Origin: Laetmonice hystrix
Taxonomy: Eukaryota
NCBI GenBank assembly: GCA_965235115.1
Contig: OZ249446.1
Coordinates: 20,708,001 to 20,772,000 of the forward strand
DNA length: 64,000 nucleotides
Direction: 5' to 3'
The position numbers and the translations under genes were made by a program. Below are positions 62,101 through 64,000 of the stretch, piece by piece; position 1 is the first letter of the stretch; the number at the start of each line of letters is the position of its first letter. The notes under the pieces are model-generated. The model was not told the DNA's origin. It worked only from the letters and a program-made list of their open reading frames with translations, and searched no databases.

Positions 62101-64000
62101 TAAACTGAAGAAGAAAGGAATACAGATGTATACGTTCGGCACTCCGAACATGTTGAATAAGTTTCAGAAAGTGGTGAGTGGGGTCAAGGCCACAAAAGTT
62201 TGCCCTTTTTATTTGTGATATTGAGAATTAAAGGGACAGATGAAATATCTCTGATTCAGACGATCGTCATTGCGACGTCCGAACAGTTTTGACGTTTCTC
62301 CTTCATCTACAGGAGTAAGTATGACAGAAAGATTTCGTAGTTTCACGCCATGTCGGAAACTAAGGCCATTCACTGGGAGGTGTTTGATTTTATAGAACGG
62401 ATCTCATTTCTAGAATCAAACACGAACAACGGGCAAAAGTTACGGAGTGAATTCCCACCTTTAAAAAAGCAAATCGCATGGACGCACCAAACGCAAACAC
62501 CCTGATAGATTCTCCCTGTAACTCAAAGTGAATTTGTGAGTCCAAGTGAGCGACCCCATCTTCCGTGTACGGTGTAAAGTTAATCTATAACCCACTCCTC
62601 ACACCAGGTGGCGTTATACGCATTCCCCGGGCGCTAGGTATCACATAAACTATGCTAGTACACCATGAATCACATAAACCATCCTAGTGCACCATGAATC
62701 GCATTAACCATGGCTTTTTAATGAACTAATTTAATAGCGTTCCTACTTCAGAGCCTCTCCTCATGTATCTATTGAGCTTGTATCTCGAACCCAATTACTG
62801 CCAACCCAGTAAAACTAACAGGCGACTTTCCCACTCAAAGCTTGCCGTAAAACGGAAGAAGGGAACGGAGTATGAAGAGTATCTCCCCTAAAGTCCGCCT
62901 TCAGCTTTTAACATTATATCACCATCTGATGTGGTAAGTCTTTGATGTTTTTGCTTTTTCTGAAACCTAATGATTTATAAGTTCATTCAACCCAGTTACA
63001 CGTCCATATGGATAAAACGTCATTCAGCTTGTGAGCTTGAATATAAGGATTTTACTCTTCTACAAGAAAAAAAAATGCTTTGAAATCATGCAGAATTTCT
63101 TATTGAACCTGTTTAAAATGTTATGGTCCCTGTAGCCATAACTATATCTGCCATATGTGACCTTTCGTCTTGGAAACGGTCCCAAACCATGTTATGGATT
63201 TACATAGAAACTCAGACTGCCAAGCAATACAGTTAGGTTTCCATTTCCCCAACGGTTCTCTGCCTACAATAATTGTCTCCCAATTAATTTGACTTGTAAA
63301 TTAGTAATTCAGCCATTTGGTCCCCAAGTACAATTGAATAACACTGCTGTACTGGCATTAATTTCTAGGTTATTTTCACGTACAGGCAATTTCCTAAGTA
63401 TCCTTTTAACATTTTGAGGTATTAGATTACTTATACATTAGATACCTAGCACAATGTATTATCAACAATGACCACAGCTATCAAACAGCCCCCTGCAGTG
63501 AATCAAGCACGCAGCTGATCAAAAGAGTGTCCTGTGACTTCAAAACGACAGCCATAAATGATAGAATTGCTATATTTCGCTCTCCTCTAATATTAGATTC
63601 AAGGAAATATGTATTGGACATTGACACTACATTTATACAAAGCCATCAGTTAGTTCAATTAAGTCCTTTCTGGGCAGACATCCTTTAAACAAACCAAGCC
63701 TAGGAAGAACTGGGTAGCCTTCACCGGTCCTTAACTCATCAGCACTACGTCCTGCCGGTCCCGGCCAGAGAGAGGCGGTTGCTTCACCGTAGGCGGTCTG
63801 TGTACTGAGTACACGGACAGTCAGAGCGAGGCACATTTTATTGTGAACGACGACAAATTAAACTTATAATTTTAGCTTTATTACGTTTGGACAAAATTAA
63901 TGTATCAGCAATATACTTTAGAGTGTGCACTTATCCAACATAAAAACGTTCCGTGATGGAGCCCGTCAAAATCATAATATTACATAAGTCTTCATAAATA

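Overview
Eukaryotic, spliceosomal-intron-containing DNA with metazoan, probably invertebrate, repeat content; the species cannot be determined from the sequence. The only gene I can reconstruct confidently is the 3' three-quarters of an ABCC4/MRP4-like ABC exporter on the + strand (24 GT-AG exons, 447-10822, 3094 nt, about 1030 codons, frame consistent across every junction). Its 5' exons lie before the window. The other ~53 kb has no recognisable long protein-coding frame, and the long entries in the ORF track are mostly translations of tandem repeats. That region holds at least eight minisatellite arrays, several non-autonomous DNA transposons (TTAA-flanked Kolobok-type MITEs, a TA-flanked 416-bp foldback, a nested 2.5-kb composite), SINE fragments, and several promoter-like islands with orphan first-exon candidates whose genes I cannot name. 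The most interesting observations are: a Kolobok-type MITE present both compact (29.4 kb) and as a palindrome-expanded, tandemly amplified derivative in an ABCC intron, with the hairpin loop inverted between copies; a 44-bp array that repeats a TAG|GTAAG acceptor/donor junction on the minus strand; and orphan small-gene candidates at 33.0, 37.1, 41.3-41.9 and 56.9 kb. I found no CRISPR array, rRNA, intact tRNA, ribozyme or autonomous transposase. I cannot claim a new multi-gene system here.
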